Shown here: positions 20,086-29,477 of the stretch, one piece after another
Numbering within the stretch: the first letter of the stretch is position 1
Layout: the number at the start of each line of letters is the position of its first letter
NCBI GenBank assembly: GCA_015065265.1
Contig: SVQQ01000008.1
Span: 222 to 64,221 of the forward strand
Source: Oscillospiraceae bacterium
GTDB taxonomy: Bacteria; Bacillota; Clostridia; Oscillospirales; SIG627
DNA length: 64,000 nucleotides
Direction of reading: 5' to 3'
Position numbers and translations under genes: made by a program
The notes under the pieces: generated by a model
Told to the model about the DNA's origin: nothing
Database searches by the model: none
Seen by the model: only the letters and a program-made list of their open reading frames with translations

Positions 20086-21339
20086 ATGGATAAAAACAAT
20101 TACAAAGAAAGTGAAAGAAGACGCAAAGCCTACGAAAGAAACAGAAAAATCAAACTTCGTCAACAAAGAAGAAATAGAACGAAAAGATTTTTGATATTAA
20201 CTTTCATTCTGTACTTATTCGTTATTCTTGCGATATTTTTTGCTTTTTCAATTTCTCTTAAATCTTGTGAAAAGGAAGAGCCTCAAAGAGACATTAACAT
20301 ACAGCATCAAGACGACAAGGTTGAGACAATCAAAAAGTCTGATTTGTATTTTGACGGTATTTGTTATCTTCCCATATCCGTTATAAACAAACTTACGGAC
20401 ATCAAAGTTACAGGCGACAAGGACAACATAAACTTTATAATTGAGGAAAACTCAGAATATGCAAATTTCAACGTAGGTTCTAAACTTGCGGAAATTAACT
20501 CAAATGCAATAGAATTAAGTAGTGAAGCGAAAATTGTAAACGGTGAGTTGTATCTCCCTCTTGACTTCTTTACAACCTACATGACAGGTTTAACAATTAA
20601 AATTGACGATAAGAAGGACGTTTACGTTTTATCTGCCGAGAGCACACCTCAATTCATCTTTAAAGAGCCAGAAAACACAACACCTGTTGACGAAAACGGT
20701 GTTACTGATATTACCGACAGTCCCATGGATTTTCTGCTTGATCTATCTTCCTACGAAGAATATATGAATCCCAAGGACCGTGATGCTTATTTAATTTTAG
20801 TAAGTGAAGAAAACCCGTTGACAAGTGACTATGCTCCCGATGATTTAACGGGAAGTATATACACCAGAAGTGACAGAGACACAAGAATGTTACGTAAATA
20901 TGCTTGTCTTGCTCTTGAGGCTTTCTTAAAAGAGGCGGAGGCAAATGGTATAAAGAACGTGACAGTTACAAGTGCTTACAGGTCGTATGACTATCAAAAT
21001 CAACTTTTCGTTCAAGAGGTTGCAATCAGAGGCAGTGAAGAGGAAGCGGCAAAGCACGTTAACCCTCCAGGCATTAGTGAACACCAGACAGGACTTGCAG
21101 TAGATATGCACAATATGTCGGCGGCATCCACCGCTTTCGGAAATACAAAAGAAGGAAAGTGGCTTGAAGAAAACGCGCACAAATTTGGCTTTATTCTAAG
21201 GTATCCTTCCGACAAAACTAAAATAACGGGAATCAATTACGAGCCTTGGCATTTCAGATACGTTGGAAGATATCACGCCACAAAGATGCACGAACTTGAT
21301 ATGTGTCTTGAAGAGTATATCGAATATATAAATCAATAA
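20086..21339 (+). CDS. Membrane-anchored M15B (VanY/LdcB-like) carboxypeptidase with a copper-amine-oxidase-N-like stalk domain
   Basis: Basic N-tail plus TM helix; GELYLPLDFF stalk motif; SAYRSYDYQ, SEHQTGLAVD and EPWHFRYVG zinc motifs intact. Confidence 0.88.
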   Translation: MDKNNYKESERRRKAYERNRKIKLRQQRRNRTKRFLILTFILYLFVILAIFFAFSISLKSCEKEEPQRDINIQHQDDKVETIKKSDLYFDGICYLPISVINKLTDIKVTGDKDNINFIIEENSEYANFNVGSKLAEINSNAIELSSEAKIVNGELYLPLDFFTTYMTGLTIKIDDKKDVYVLSAESTPQFIFKEPENTTPVDENGVTDITDSPMDFLLDLSSYEEYMNPKDRDAYLILVSEENPLTSDYAPDDLTGSIYTRSDRDTRMLRKYACLALEAFLKEAEANGIKNVTVTSAYRSYDYQNQLFVQEVAIRGSEEEAAKHVNPPGISEHQTGLAVDMHNMSAASTAFGNTKEGKWLEENAHKFGFILRYPSDKTKITGINYEPWHFRYVGRYHATKMHELDMCLEEYIEYINQ

Positions 21340-21342
21340 AGC

Positions 21343-21374
21343 AAAAACAGACCGCCAAGGCGGTCTGTTTTTTT
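21343..21374. terminator. Bidirectional intrinsic terminator
   Basis: AAAAACAGACCGCC-aa-GGCGGTCTGTTTTT between convergent genes. Confidence 0.85.
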
Positions 21375-22131
21375 ATTCTCTGTTATATTTTTCCTTTTGA
21401 TCATCTACAAACTTCAAAACGCCAATATAGCGACCTGCAGATATTACGAAATGCTCGACAAGTTTAATTTGCAACTGTTCAAGAAGTTTTGCTAAATGTC
21501 TTGTTGAGTCTATATCTTCATAGGAAGGTGCTACTCTGTGTTCGGGGTGGTTATGTGCGATAATGATGTTTGTAGCGCCCACTTTTATTACTTCGTCTGC
21601 AATTTCACGAACGAAGACTGAAACGTTAGAAGAACTTCCCGTACGGATTACGTTTTCGCTGATAAGGTGCATATTTGCGTCAAAGTAAAAGCCCATAAGT
21701 GTTTCATTTGACCTTCCGATAAAACAACTTGTGATATACTCCCCTATTTCGTCATAGGTCATCTTAGGTTTTATAGTCTGTTTTATACACTCTTTGGCGT
21801 AAAACCTTGAAATCTCGGGGATTAGTTTCAAAAACGAGGCTGCCTGGTCTTTTATTCCTTTGACATTTTTCATTTCCTCGATGGGCAAATCAAAGACTGC
21901 GGGGAAAGAACCTGCTTTATTTATAAGGTTGTGTGCAATTTCGTTAGTGTCCACGTGAGGAAGAACGTAGAAAAGTAACATTTCCAATACTTCGTGCTCG
22001 GAAAAAGCGTCAAGTCCAAACTTCAAGAATTTCTTTTTTACACGCTGACGGTGGTTAGCGTGTAGATTTTCTTTTTTGGTTTTGGGCGGTTCGGTATTTC
22101 TTAAAAATTCGTCAAAATCAAAAGTGTCCAT
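21373..22131 (-). CDS. radC: RadC/UPF0758 JAB-domain protein
   Basis: HRQRVK..F...GL, HEVLEMLLFY, HhH-like VKGIK, AHNHPE...PSYED, LVEHFVI. Confidence 0.9.
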   Translation of the reverse strand: MDTFDFDEFLRNTEPPKTKKENLHANHRQRVKKKFLKFGLDAFSEHEVLEMLLFYVLPHVDTNEIAHNLINKAGSFPAVFDLPIEEMKNVKGIKDQAASFLKLIPEISRFYAKECIKQTIKPKMTYDEIGEYITSCFIGRSNETLMGFYFDANMHLISENVIRTGSSSNVSVFVREIADEVIKVGATNIIIAHNHPEHRVAPSYEDIDSTRHLAKLLEQLQIKLVEHFVISAGRYIGVLKFVDDQKEKYNRE

Positions 22132-22174
22132 TTATACATCCTATTTTTCATATCAAATTTATGCTTGACTTTAT

Positions 22175-22203
22175 TATTTTTTTGAATTAAAATTATAAGG
22201 CAA
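22175..22203 (+). promoter_or_regulatory. Putative sigma-A promoter
   Basis: TTGACT-17 nt-TAAAAT upstream of the 22225 ORF. Confidence 0.6.
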
Positions 22204-22224
22204 CTAAAAAAGTGAGGGCATGTT

Positions 22225-22602
22225 ATGTCAAAAGATTTCAATAAAAAGATTTTCTCAATTTTACTTGATATTTCAAGGGGTGACAGGAGTTGGAGACAAT
22301 TCGCCTCTGACTGTGAAATCAGTTACGTACAAATGAGAAAACTTGCAACCTGTAAACAAGAAAACCCGCCCAGAGTTAAACTTCTAAAAAAGATAGTTGA
22401 TAACTCAACGGGTGACATTGAAATGGAAGACTATTTATTCGCAATAGGTTTTCAGCAAGAGGATTCAAACAAGCAAACGCTCCCTTTGAGCACAAATCTC
22501 ATAAAGCAGGGCGATGCTTTCTTCGAAAAATATCTTTCGCTTTCAATGGGACAGAGAAAAATGATAAACGATTTTATCGATTTTCTTTCAGGCAGAGAGT
22601 AA
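22225..22602 (+). CDS. XRE-like helix-turn-helix protein (phage-repressor-like N-terminus)
   Basis: RGDRSWRQFASDCEISYVQMRKL...NPPRVKLLKKI...EDYLFAIGF resembles clostridial XRE repressors. Confidence 0.6.
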   Translation: MSKDFNKKIFSILLDISRGDRSWRQFASDCEISYVQMRKLATCKQENPPRVKLLKKIVDNSTGDIEMEDYLFAIGFQQEDSNKQTLPLSTNLIKQGDAFFEKYLSLSMGQRKMINDFIDFLSGRE

Positions 22603-23064
22603 AATTCTATTTATTTCTTCTACCATTTTTTTATCAGGTTCAAAAAACACACATTCACAACAGTCGCTATACTTAAAAACTAATACATAGCAAGAGGATT
22701 CAAACACGTTACCGTTATAATTATAACAGTTTCGAGGTTTATATTCCTCTTGTTTTTTATATTCTTCTCTGGAATAAAGTGCTACTATTTTCGATAAATC
22801 AATATCGCAAACGGTAGTTATTTTTTTGCCCAGAGTTTTTGTTATCTTAAAGCATTCGTCATCTAAAATGTACGTATACTCAGGCAGAAAAAATTTAATC
22901 AGCAATTCACAAACAGTCAAAGCGACAAAGAAAAAGGCGCTCTGCCACACGATAGGAGAAAAAAGTCCAACGTGGCATAGATAAAAAACGATGATAAAGA
23001 AAACTATCAAGGCGGTAACAATGAGAAAATTTTTAAAACAATTTTTTATTGGAGTATGTGTCAT
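22588..23064 (-). CDS. Hypothetical membrane protein (2 TM + PH-like tail, DUF6106-like)
   Basis: Two TM helices, then EYTYIL...ITK and a C-terminal FEPDKKMVEEI pattern. Confidence 0.6.
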   Translation of the reverse strand: MTHTPIKNCFKNFLIVTALIVFFIIVFYLCHVGLFSPIVWQSAFFFVALTVCELLIKFFLPEYTYILDDECFKITKTLGKKITTVCDIDLSKIVALYSREEYKKQEEYKPRNCYNYNGNVFESSCYVLVFKYSDCCECVFFEPDKKMVEEINRILLSA

Positions 23065-23582
23065 TTCAAATTCCTCAAAACATCTATACTGTTATCTGTC
23101 GTGTCAAAAGACATAATATCTGCAAAAACGACAGAAGAGTTATCAAGTTCAATAAGTGCGAAGGTCGCTTTGCCGTAATTTGTGCCAACTGTACCCGGAT
23201 TTATAAAGAGAGTCTTCCCTCTTGTTTCTTTTAACGGTAGGTGGGTGTGACCGAAGAGCACCAGGTCGGCATTCAAGGCTCTTGCTCTGACTGAAATTCC
23301 TGCAAGACCACCTTTTACGTTATATCTGTGACCGTGGGTAAAAAAACATTTCACTCCTGCGAAGGTGGAAAACACTTCGCTTTCGGGTACAACTTCAAAA
23401 AAATCGTTATTCCCTTTGACTGCAACTGTAGGAACGTTGGGGAAAGCAATTTTGATTTTTTCAAAGTCGGAATACATATCGCCAAGATGCACTATAAGGG
23501 AGATTTCACCTTTATAGTGATTTATGATGCTTGTCATATTGGATGTGTTCAAGTGACTGTCTGAAAAAACAAGAATTTTCAT
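23061..23582 (-). CDS. YfcE/MJ0936-family metallophosphoesterase
   Basis: SDSH, HLGD, GNND, THGH, GHTH, NPG. Confidence 0.92.
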   Translation of the reverse strand: MKILVFSDSHLNTSNMTSIINHYKGEISLIVHLGDMYSDFEKIKIAFPNVPTVAVKGNNDFFEVVPESEVFSTFAGVKCFFTHGHRYNVKGGLAGISVRARALNADLVLFGHTHLPLKETRGKTLFINPGTVGTNYGKATFALIELDNSSVVFADIMSFDTTDNSIDVLRNLK

Positions 23583-23651
23583 AAAGGGTACACCTCTTTT
23601 TGTAGCAAAGGTTGAGTCTCATCATAAAATGTAGAAAAGGAGGTTATTGAT

Positions 23652-23864
23652 ATGACAAACAACTCTAATGAAAATGCTAAAAATAATCTACAAAAGGCTG
23701 TGGCGAACATCTTGGGCCAAAACAGCGAAATCAATGGTGAGATAAAAAATTTAATAAATTCTTTAAGCGAAGATGATATTAAAAAAATAAGTTCATTGGT
23801 AAAAAATCGCGACTTGCAGAAGTTAGCAAGTTCATTTATGGACTCCAAAAAGCCAAAGGAGTGA
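23652..23864 (+). CDS. Small hypothetical protein (first gene of a 3-gene operon)
   Basis: Strong AAGGAGG RBS; helical composition; abuts the next ORF. Confidence 0.7.
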   Translation: MTNNSNENAKNNLQKAVANILGQNSEINGEIKNLINSLSEDDIKKISSLVKNRDLQKLASSFMDSKKPKE

Positions 23865-23865
23865 T

Positions 23866-24207
23866 ATGATGGACGACGTTATAAACAATAAAATCACGGA
23901 AATATTAAATTCTCCTGACCTTATGGACAACGTAAGGAACATACTGGGTCAACTCGGGGAGAAAGAAAAGGCGGAAGACATAATAGTAGAAGAAACTCCG
24001 TCAATTTCTTCTATTCTCGATACCCTTGGTGACAGCAATCTGCTATCGAGTCTTGGAAGTCTTCTTGGACAAAACAAAAATGAAAGAATTGCTCTTTTAA
24101 CCGCTTTGTTGCCTTTTTTAAGCAAAGAAAAACAGGATTCGCTTTCTTTAATAATTAAAGTGTTAAAGGCAATAAGTATATTTAATGCGGCAAATATACT
24201 ATCCTAA
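23866..24207 (+). CDS. Hypothetical protein
   Basis: AAGGAG RBS inside the previous ORF; C-terminal ERIALLTALLPFLSKEKQ pattern. Confidence 0.75.
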   Translation: MMDDVINNKITEILNSPDLMDNVRNILGQLGEKEKAEDIIVEETPSISSILDTLGDSNLLSSLGSLLGQNKNERIALLTALLPFLSKEKQDSLSLIIKVLKAISIFNAANILS

Positions 24208-24218
24208 GAGGTGAAATA

Positions 24219-24545
24219 ATGTATTCAAGAAAAACAGGCATTATGTATAACCCCAGCCAAACCCAAAAAAAGATTGAACAATTCAATGAGAATTTGAGAG
24301 TTCAATATAACAACCGTAACTCTTTTCGCTCACCGGAAAAGGTTTCTGAAATAAAAGAGGAAGAGATATCTGACACAGTATCGGTTGACGCTGCAACGGA
24401 AGAAAACGATACTCTTAAAAAAATCTTTGGAATGCTAAATAATGAGGATATAATTCTTGTAATACTAATTATGCTTCTGCTCTTTGAAGTTAACAAAGAT
24501 TATTTGCTCATTGGGATATTAGCGATTCTCTTGTTCCTTGACTAG
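24219..24545 (+). CDS. Hypothetical protein with C-terminal hydrophobic hairpin
   Basis: GAGGTG RBS; tail EDIILVILIMLLLFEVNKDYLLIGILAILLF. Confidence 0.75.
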   Translation: MYSRKTGIMYNPSQTQKKIEQFNENLRVQYNNRNSFRSPEKVSEIKEEEISDTVSVDAATEENDTLKKIFGMLNNEDIILVILIMLLLFEVNKDYLLIGILAILLFLD

Positions 24546-25323
24546 TAATTTCAAAGGCTTTATCGGAAATGACTGAAACTTCATCAAATTTCAAAGTGTT
24601 CTGATTGAAATATTCTTTGTTTTCAAAATCTGAGGTTGCTTTTAATACAAGTCCGTGATCAAGGGAGACAAAGAACTTGTCTATGGAATTCATTTCGCTT
24701 TTAGAAAACTCGGCGTACAAATATTTTTCCCCGTCCATTTCTACAACAGCCACGTTACCTACAGAAGAAGTATTGTTAAGTAAGACGTATTTAAGCGCGG
24801 CGATATTGATGAGTGAATCGTATTCAAAATCGGTATTGCCGCTTTGCACGTCTACTTTTCCGTTTTTGTTGTTAACGGTGGTAATATCTCCATCTACAAG
24901 CAATATAGTTGTATCAATTTCGTCGTCTGATGTGTCAATTCTTATTTTGTCGCCCTTTTTGTAGATACGGTGAATTTGTTTTCTTGAAGAATAATCGTAG
25001 GAATATACTGTTTCTACTTCCCAATAGAAGTTAGTTTCGGGTTCAATTGCAGAAAGTAAATCGTATGCACTCTCAGAGGTGAGAGTTACGAAATCGTACT
25101 CAGACTCTTTAAAATCTGTGTCTGAAATAAGGGCAATAAAGTTTTTTTCGTACATATCGGAACTTATGTCGGAGGTATTACCTTCAAAAATATAGGCAAT
25201 AAATGGCGGAAGTTTAAAAATATTAAAAGAGTGAACAAACCAAGCGAGAGCAAAAAGAAGAGATACGACTACTATGACGGTTATTATAGCGTCAAAGATT
25301 TTCGAAAATACACTTCTTTTCAT
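24508..25323 (-). CDS. Membrane-anchored protein with probable LolA-like beta-sheet fold
   Basis: N-terminal TM helix; YKKGDKIRID, LVDGDITT, FFVSLDHGLVLK and ISDKAFEI resemble LolA/DUF4412-type patterns (recognised by eye). Confidence 0.55.
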   Translation of the reverse strand: MKRSVFSKIFDAIITVIVVVSLLFALAWFVHSFNIFKLPPFIAYIFEGNTSDISSDMYEKNFIALISDTDFKESEYDFVTLTSESAYDLLSAIEPETNFYWEVETVYSYDYSSRKQIHRIYKKGDKIRIDTSDDEIDTTILLVDGDITTVNNKNGKVDVQSGNTDFEYDSLINIAALKYVLLNNTSSVGNVAVVEMDGEKYLYAEFSKSEMNSIDKFFVSLDHGLVLKATSDFENKEYFNQNTLKFDEVSVISDKAFEITSQGTRESLISQ

Positions 25324-25332
25324 CGTCTTTTG

Positions 25333-26454
25333 TTACTCCTTTTCGTTAATATTTGTTTCTTCGCCAACGGGGGTGTTTTCTTCATGTCCTTGCAGGTAAT
25401 TTTTAAGTCTCAGTCCTGTCTGGGTTCTCATTTTTGCGTCTCCTACAAGAATTCTGTAGTTGAGAATTCCGATTACGAAGGAAACTATTATTATGAGTAC
25501 TGAGACAACGGTTTTCCCTTCTGAGAAAGTGATTGCAGATACTGCAAACATTGCACTTACGGAATCGAGGATTGTAACTGCCTGTTTTTGAGTAAAGCCT
25601 ATGTCAATGAGTTTATGGTGGAAGTGTCCTCTGTCGGGTGCAAAAATAGGTTGTCTGTGAACAAGTCTTCTTATTGTTGCAAAGAGAGTGTCGGCAAGAG
25701 GGAGTCCAAATATTAAAAAGGGTATCCAGAATGAAACGATAGCGTCCATTTTGAAAAGTCCGAGTATTGACACGACGGAAAGTGCGTATCCTAAAAACAG
25801 TGCACCTGTGTCTCCCATAAAAATGACTGCAGGGTTTCTGTTATAAGGTAAAAAGCCAAGGCAAGAACCTGCAAGGATTGCAACGATTATTGCAACGGTA
25901 TAATCAAGTTGCAAAATCGCCACTATCATTATGGAAAAGGCAGAAATGGTTGAAATACCACAGGCAAGTCCGTCAAGACCGTCAACGAGGTTTACCGCAT
26001 TTGTAACCGCTACTATCCAGAATACTGTAACTACAAAAGACATAACTTTATCGAAAACGACATAGTTTCCAAAGAAATTAATAAATTCAATCGTTGTACC
26101 TGTCAGGGGTGCAACAGATGCGGCACAAATTTGGATAAGCAGTTTTATCCACGCGTTAAGTCTGTATACGTCGTCAAGCATACCAAGTATAACGATAACT
26201 GTGGTGCCGACAATGAGACCGAGAACCTGTAAATTGATTTCACAAAAGAGTAAAATTGAAAGTGTAAAAGATATGAATATAGCAAGTCCGCCCATTCTTG
26301 GAATGGGTTTTTTGTGCATTCTTCTTTGGTCTGTAGGTACGTCGATTGCACCGAGTTTATGAGCCAGAACTCTTACAGGCGGAGTTAAAGTGAAGGTCAA
26401 GAGACCTGCAAGTAAAACCGCAAGAATTCCGTAAATCAATGAGTTTACATTCAT
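25333..26454 (-). CDS. TagO/WecA-type undecaprenyl-phosphate GlcNAc-1-P transferase (GT4/MraY family)
   Basis: PIPRMGGLAI, LDD, NAVNLVDGLDGLA, FMGDTGA, PDRGHFHH. Confidence 0.92.
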   Translation of the reverse strand: MNVNSLIYGILAVLLAGLLTFTLTPPVRVLAHKLGAIDVPTDQRRMHKKPIPRMGGLAIFISFTLSILLFCEINLQVLGLIVGTTVIVILGMLDDVYRLNAWIKLLIQICAASVAPLTGTTIEFINFFGNYVVFDKVMSFVVTVFWIVAVTNAVNLVDGLDGLACGISTISAFSIMIVAILQLDYTVAIIVAILAGSCLGFLPYNRNPAVIFMGDTGALFLGYALSVVSILGLFKMDAIVSFWIPFLIFGLPLADTLFATIRRLVHRQPIFAPDRGHFHHKLIDIGFTQKQAVTILDSVSAMFAVSAITFSEGKTVVSVLIIIVSFVIGILNYRILVGDAKMRTQTGLRLKNYLQGHEENTPVGEETNINEKE

Positions 26455-26510
26455 AAAAACTTCCTTTTTAATTTCGACGGTTATTTTATAAAACTGTGAC
26501 GTTGATAATT

Positions 26511-27515
26511 CTATCTTACAGGGGGAACGAATCCCACTTTTCTGTAAACCTTGGATAAGGTTTTATAGGCAACTCTTGCTGCTTTTTCACTGCCCTCTTT
26601 CATAACGGACTCTAAGTACGCCTTATCTTTAATAAGGGCGTCAAATCTGTCTCTTATAACTGAAAGTGAGTCGGCGCAGGCTTCACCTACTGCAAGTTTA
26701 AAGTCGCCGTAGCCCTTACCTTCAAACTCACGTTCGATCTCGTCAAAAGTTTTGCCTGAAAAGACAGAGTAAATTGTCATAAGGTTTGCAATTCCGGGTC
26801 TGTCTACGTCATATTTTACAAGAGCGTCGGAGTCGGTTACCGCCTTCTTGAATTTCTTTATAATTTCGTCTTTGGTGTCAAGCAGATTTATGTTTGCGTT
26901 GGGGTTGGGGTCAGATTTTGACATTTTTTTAGTGGGGTCTGCAAGGGACATAATTTTTGCCCCCGCCTTTGTGATATAGGGTTCGGGAACGGTGAAGGTA
27001 GGTGAATACTGACCGTTAAAACGTTCTGCGATATTACGTGCCAGTTCTATATGTTGCTTCTGGTCAATACCAACAGGTACAAGGTCAGCGTTATACAGAA
27101 GAATATCGGCTGCCATAAGCACAGGATATGTAAAGAGCCCTGCGTTAATATTTTGCGAATATTTCTTTGATTTATCCTTGAACTGAGTCATTCGTGAAAG
27201 TTCACCGAACATTGTACTGCAACCGAGTACCCAAGAAAGTTCAGCGTGGGCAGGAACGTGGCTCTGAACAAAGAGGGTTACTTTTTCAGGGTCGATGCCA
27301 CAAGCCATATATATCGCAAGGGTTTCAAGAGTTCTGCGTCTGAGTTCTGCGGGGTCTTGTTTTACAGTTATTGCGTGCATATCCACAACGCAGTAAAAGC
27401 AGTTATATTCATCCTGAAGGTCAACCCAATTCTTTAATGCGCCTATATAGTTTCCAATAGACAGTTTTCCGCTGGGTTGAGCGCCCGAAAAGATTATTTT
27501 CTTATTTTCTTCCAT
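26511..27515 (-). CDS. trpS: Tryptophanyl-tRNA synthetase
   Basis: [35 protein letters not shown]. Confidence 0.97.
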   Translation of the reverse strand: MEENKKIIFSGAQPSGKLSIGNYIGALKNWVDLQDEYNCFYCVVDMHAITVKQDPAELRRRTLETLAIYMACGIDPEKVTLFVQSHVPAHAELSWVLGCSTMFGELSRMTQFKDKSKKYSQNINAGLFTYPVLMAADILLYNADLVPVGIDQKQHIELARNIAERFNGQYSPTFTVPEPYITKAGAKIMSLADPTKKMSKSDPNPNANINLLDTKDEIIKKFKKAVTDSDALVKYDVDRPGIANLMTIYSVFSGKTFDEIEREFEGKGYGDFKLAVGEACADSLSVIRDRFDALIKDKAYLESVMKEGSEKAARVAYKTLSKVYRKVGFVPPVR

Positions 27516-27596
27516 GATTTCACCGTATGTCCTTATATTTTGTAAAAATTTAGTCTTGTTAAATCTTATGTTATTATAACATATTTTTGTTAGAGG

Positions 27597-28112
27597 TCAA
27601 GTATTTGTGTGGTTTTCAAGTTTTATCAGTACGTTATCTTGAAGGTGTTTGTTTTGGGCAAAAATTTTTATTCCGTTATGACAAAAGTGTACTGTGTCTT
27701 TTATAACTTTATAGCCTTTGGGAATTTTTTTGTTTTTTCTTTTTATCCCTTGTATTTTAAAGACTTCTTTTGGAGTAATAACTTCTCTTTCAGTAATCAA
27801 ATAATTGATACTGCGACAAGTTGAAGAAGTGTAAATCAAAAGAGACAGGTAATTGTCTGTGGCAAATTGAAATACAATTTTAACGTTTCCTGATTTTTTC
27901 TTCTTGGCATAGTCAAAATATGCTTCTATCAAAGAAAGGGACAGGTCATTTAAATTTTTAAAGTTTTCACTTTCAAATAAAGGATAGGACCCTTTAAAAA
28001 GAAAACCCTCTGTCCTTTCATAAAAGACTGCGTCTTTATATTGAATTCCAAACTTCTTTTTTGTCCGAGAGAAAGTAAAGTTCTCGGGCTTAATTTTTGT
28101 TTTCGTTTTCAT
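27597..28112 (-). CDS. Basic hypothetical protein, possibly a degenerate DUF4163/DUF3298 (RsiV/PdaC-like) domain
   Basis: GAGGTG RBS; weak pattern YP.F...LN...DNYLSL...SINY...VITPKEVF. Confidence 0.5.
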   Translation of the reverse strand: MKTKTKIKPENFTFSRTKKKFGIQYKDAVFYERTEGFLFKGSYPLFESENFKNLNDLSLSLIEAYFDYAKKKKSGNVKIVFQFATDNYLSLLIYTSSTCRSINYLITEREVITPKEVFKIQGIKRKNKKIPKGYKVIKDTVHFCHNGIKIFAQNKHLQDNVLIKLENHTNT

Positions 28113-28163
28113 ACAATCACCTCTTGTGATAATGATATGAAAAGAAAAATAAAATTTGCTAAA

Positions 28164-29477
28164 TTATAATTTCTTTACAAGTTCGGAAAACTTCTCTCCT
28201 CGCTCTTCAAAGTTCTTGAAATATCCGTAACTTGCGGCTGCGGGAGAAAGGACACAGGTGTTACCCTCTCCTGTCAGGTCACTTGCAAGTTTTACTGCTT
28301 CTTCAAGGTCTGAAACAAGGAAATGTTTTATGTTTTTCTCTAAAAGTTCACCTGCAATACGTTTTCCAGACTCGTACATAAGGATAATATTTTGGATTTT
28401 ATTTTTTTCAAAATATTCGATAAGTTCACTGTAATCAATTCCTCTGTCCATACCGCCCACAAGTACGGTGGTGACGTTTTTCAAGGATTCGATTGCCTGA
28501 ATGGTTGTCTGACAGACTGTGGAAATAGAGTCGTCATAGTAGTTTACACCGTTTTTCGTCGCTACAAATTCAAGTCTGTGAGGAAGTGATTTGTAAGTCA
28601 AAAGTGCCGATATAAAAGATTTTTCATCAACTCCAAAATCAGAGGTTACAGCGAAGGCGGTCATAACGTTATAGAGGTTGTGCTCTCCCACAAGGGAAAT
28701 AGAATCAAGGGGAATACTAATTTTTCCGTTATGAGAAACGACCGTTTCGTCTTTATAGGTAAAGTCGGCATTTTCTTTTCCGAGTGTTATAACTTTCGAG
28801 GGGGATTTTTCAATCTGTTCAAGGCAGTCTGAAGAAATGAAAAGGGTGTCCTCTTTATCTTGGTTTAAGAATATATTTTCTTTTGCTTTTACGTAGTTAT
28901 TACGAGTTTTATAATGGTCGAGGTGGTCTTCAAAAAGATTGAGTATAACGGCTCTGCGTGGCGAAATATTCTCAAATTCAAGTTGATGGCAAGACATTTC
29001 AAAAACTGCCACACTTCCCTCTTTCATAAGGGGTGCACTGTCAAGAGGCGGAATACCTATATTGCCTGTAAGGATTGCATCGACACCGCTATTTTTCAAT
29101 ATATGATAAATCAAAGTTGTTGTGGTGCTCTTTCCTTTTGTGCCAGTAATTCCTATGGTATTATCTCTAAACTCCATAAGGAACAGGTGGGTCTGGGAAG
29201 TGGTTTTTTCAATTACACTCGGTGAAACGTTTTCATATACGATTCCCGGGCTCTTTATGATTACGTCATAGGAGTCGAGGTTTTCCATATAGTTTTCGCC
29301 GAAAACGCCTTCGATACCTTCCTTCAAAAGGTGTGACAAGTCGTTTTTATCGGCAACTGTAATTTTTTTACAGTCAACGTATTTTGTCAAAAAGTCAAGT
29401 GTAGAACGCCCTTCCCTGCCAAAGCCGAGAATTAAAACGTTCTTTTTGTCAAGAAACTTTTTTATCTTATCAAACAT
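28164..29477 (-). CDS. murD: MurD-family ligase (candidate L-Glu-adding MurD2)
   Basis: GFGREG, KSPGI, GITGTKGKSTTT, GNIG, EMSCHQL, DHLDHY, HRLE, DDSIST, SPAAASY; overlaps the murL-like gene. Confidence 0.88.
   Translation of the reverse strand: MFDKIKKFLDKKNVLILGFGREGRSTLDFLTKYVDCKKITVADKNDLSHLLKEGIEGVFGENYMENLDSYDVIIKSPGIVYENVSPSVIEKTTSQTHLFLMEFRDNTIGITGTKGKSTTTTLIYHILKNSGVDAILTGNIGIPPLDSAPLMKEGSVAVFEMSCHQLEFENISPRRAVILNLFEDHLDHYKTRNNYVKAKENIFLNQDKEDTLFISSDCLEQIEKSPSKVITLGKENADFTYKDETVVSHNGKISIPLDSISLVGEHNLYNVMTAFAVTSDFGVDEKSFISALLTYKSLPHRLEFVATKNGVNYYDDSISTVCQTTIQAIESLKNVTTVLVGGMDRGIDYSELIEYFEKNKIQNIILMYESGKRIAGELLEKNIKHFLVSDLEEAVKLASDLTGEGNTCVLSPAAASYGYFKNFEERGEKFSELVKKL

Noticed and set aside
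20086-21339. VanY-like gene as a vancomycin-resistance determinant
   Set aside because: No vanA/B/H/X/R/S genes nearby; the architecture fits a housekeeping carboxypeptidase.
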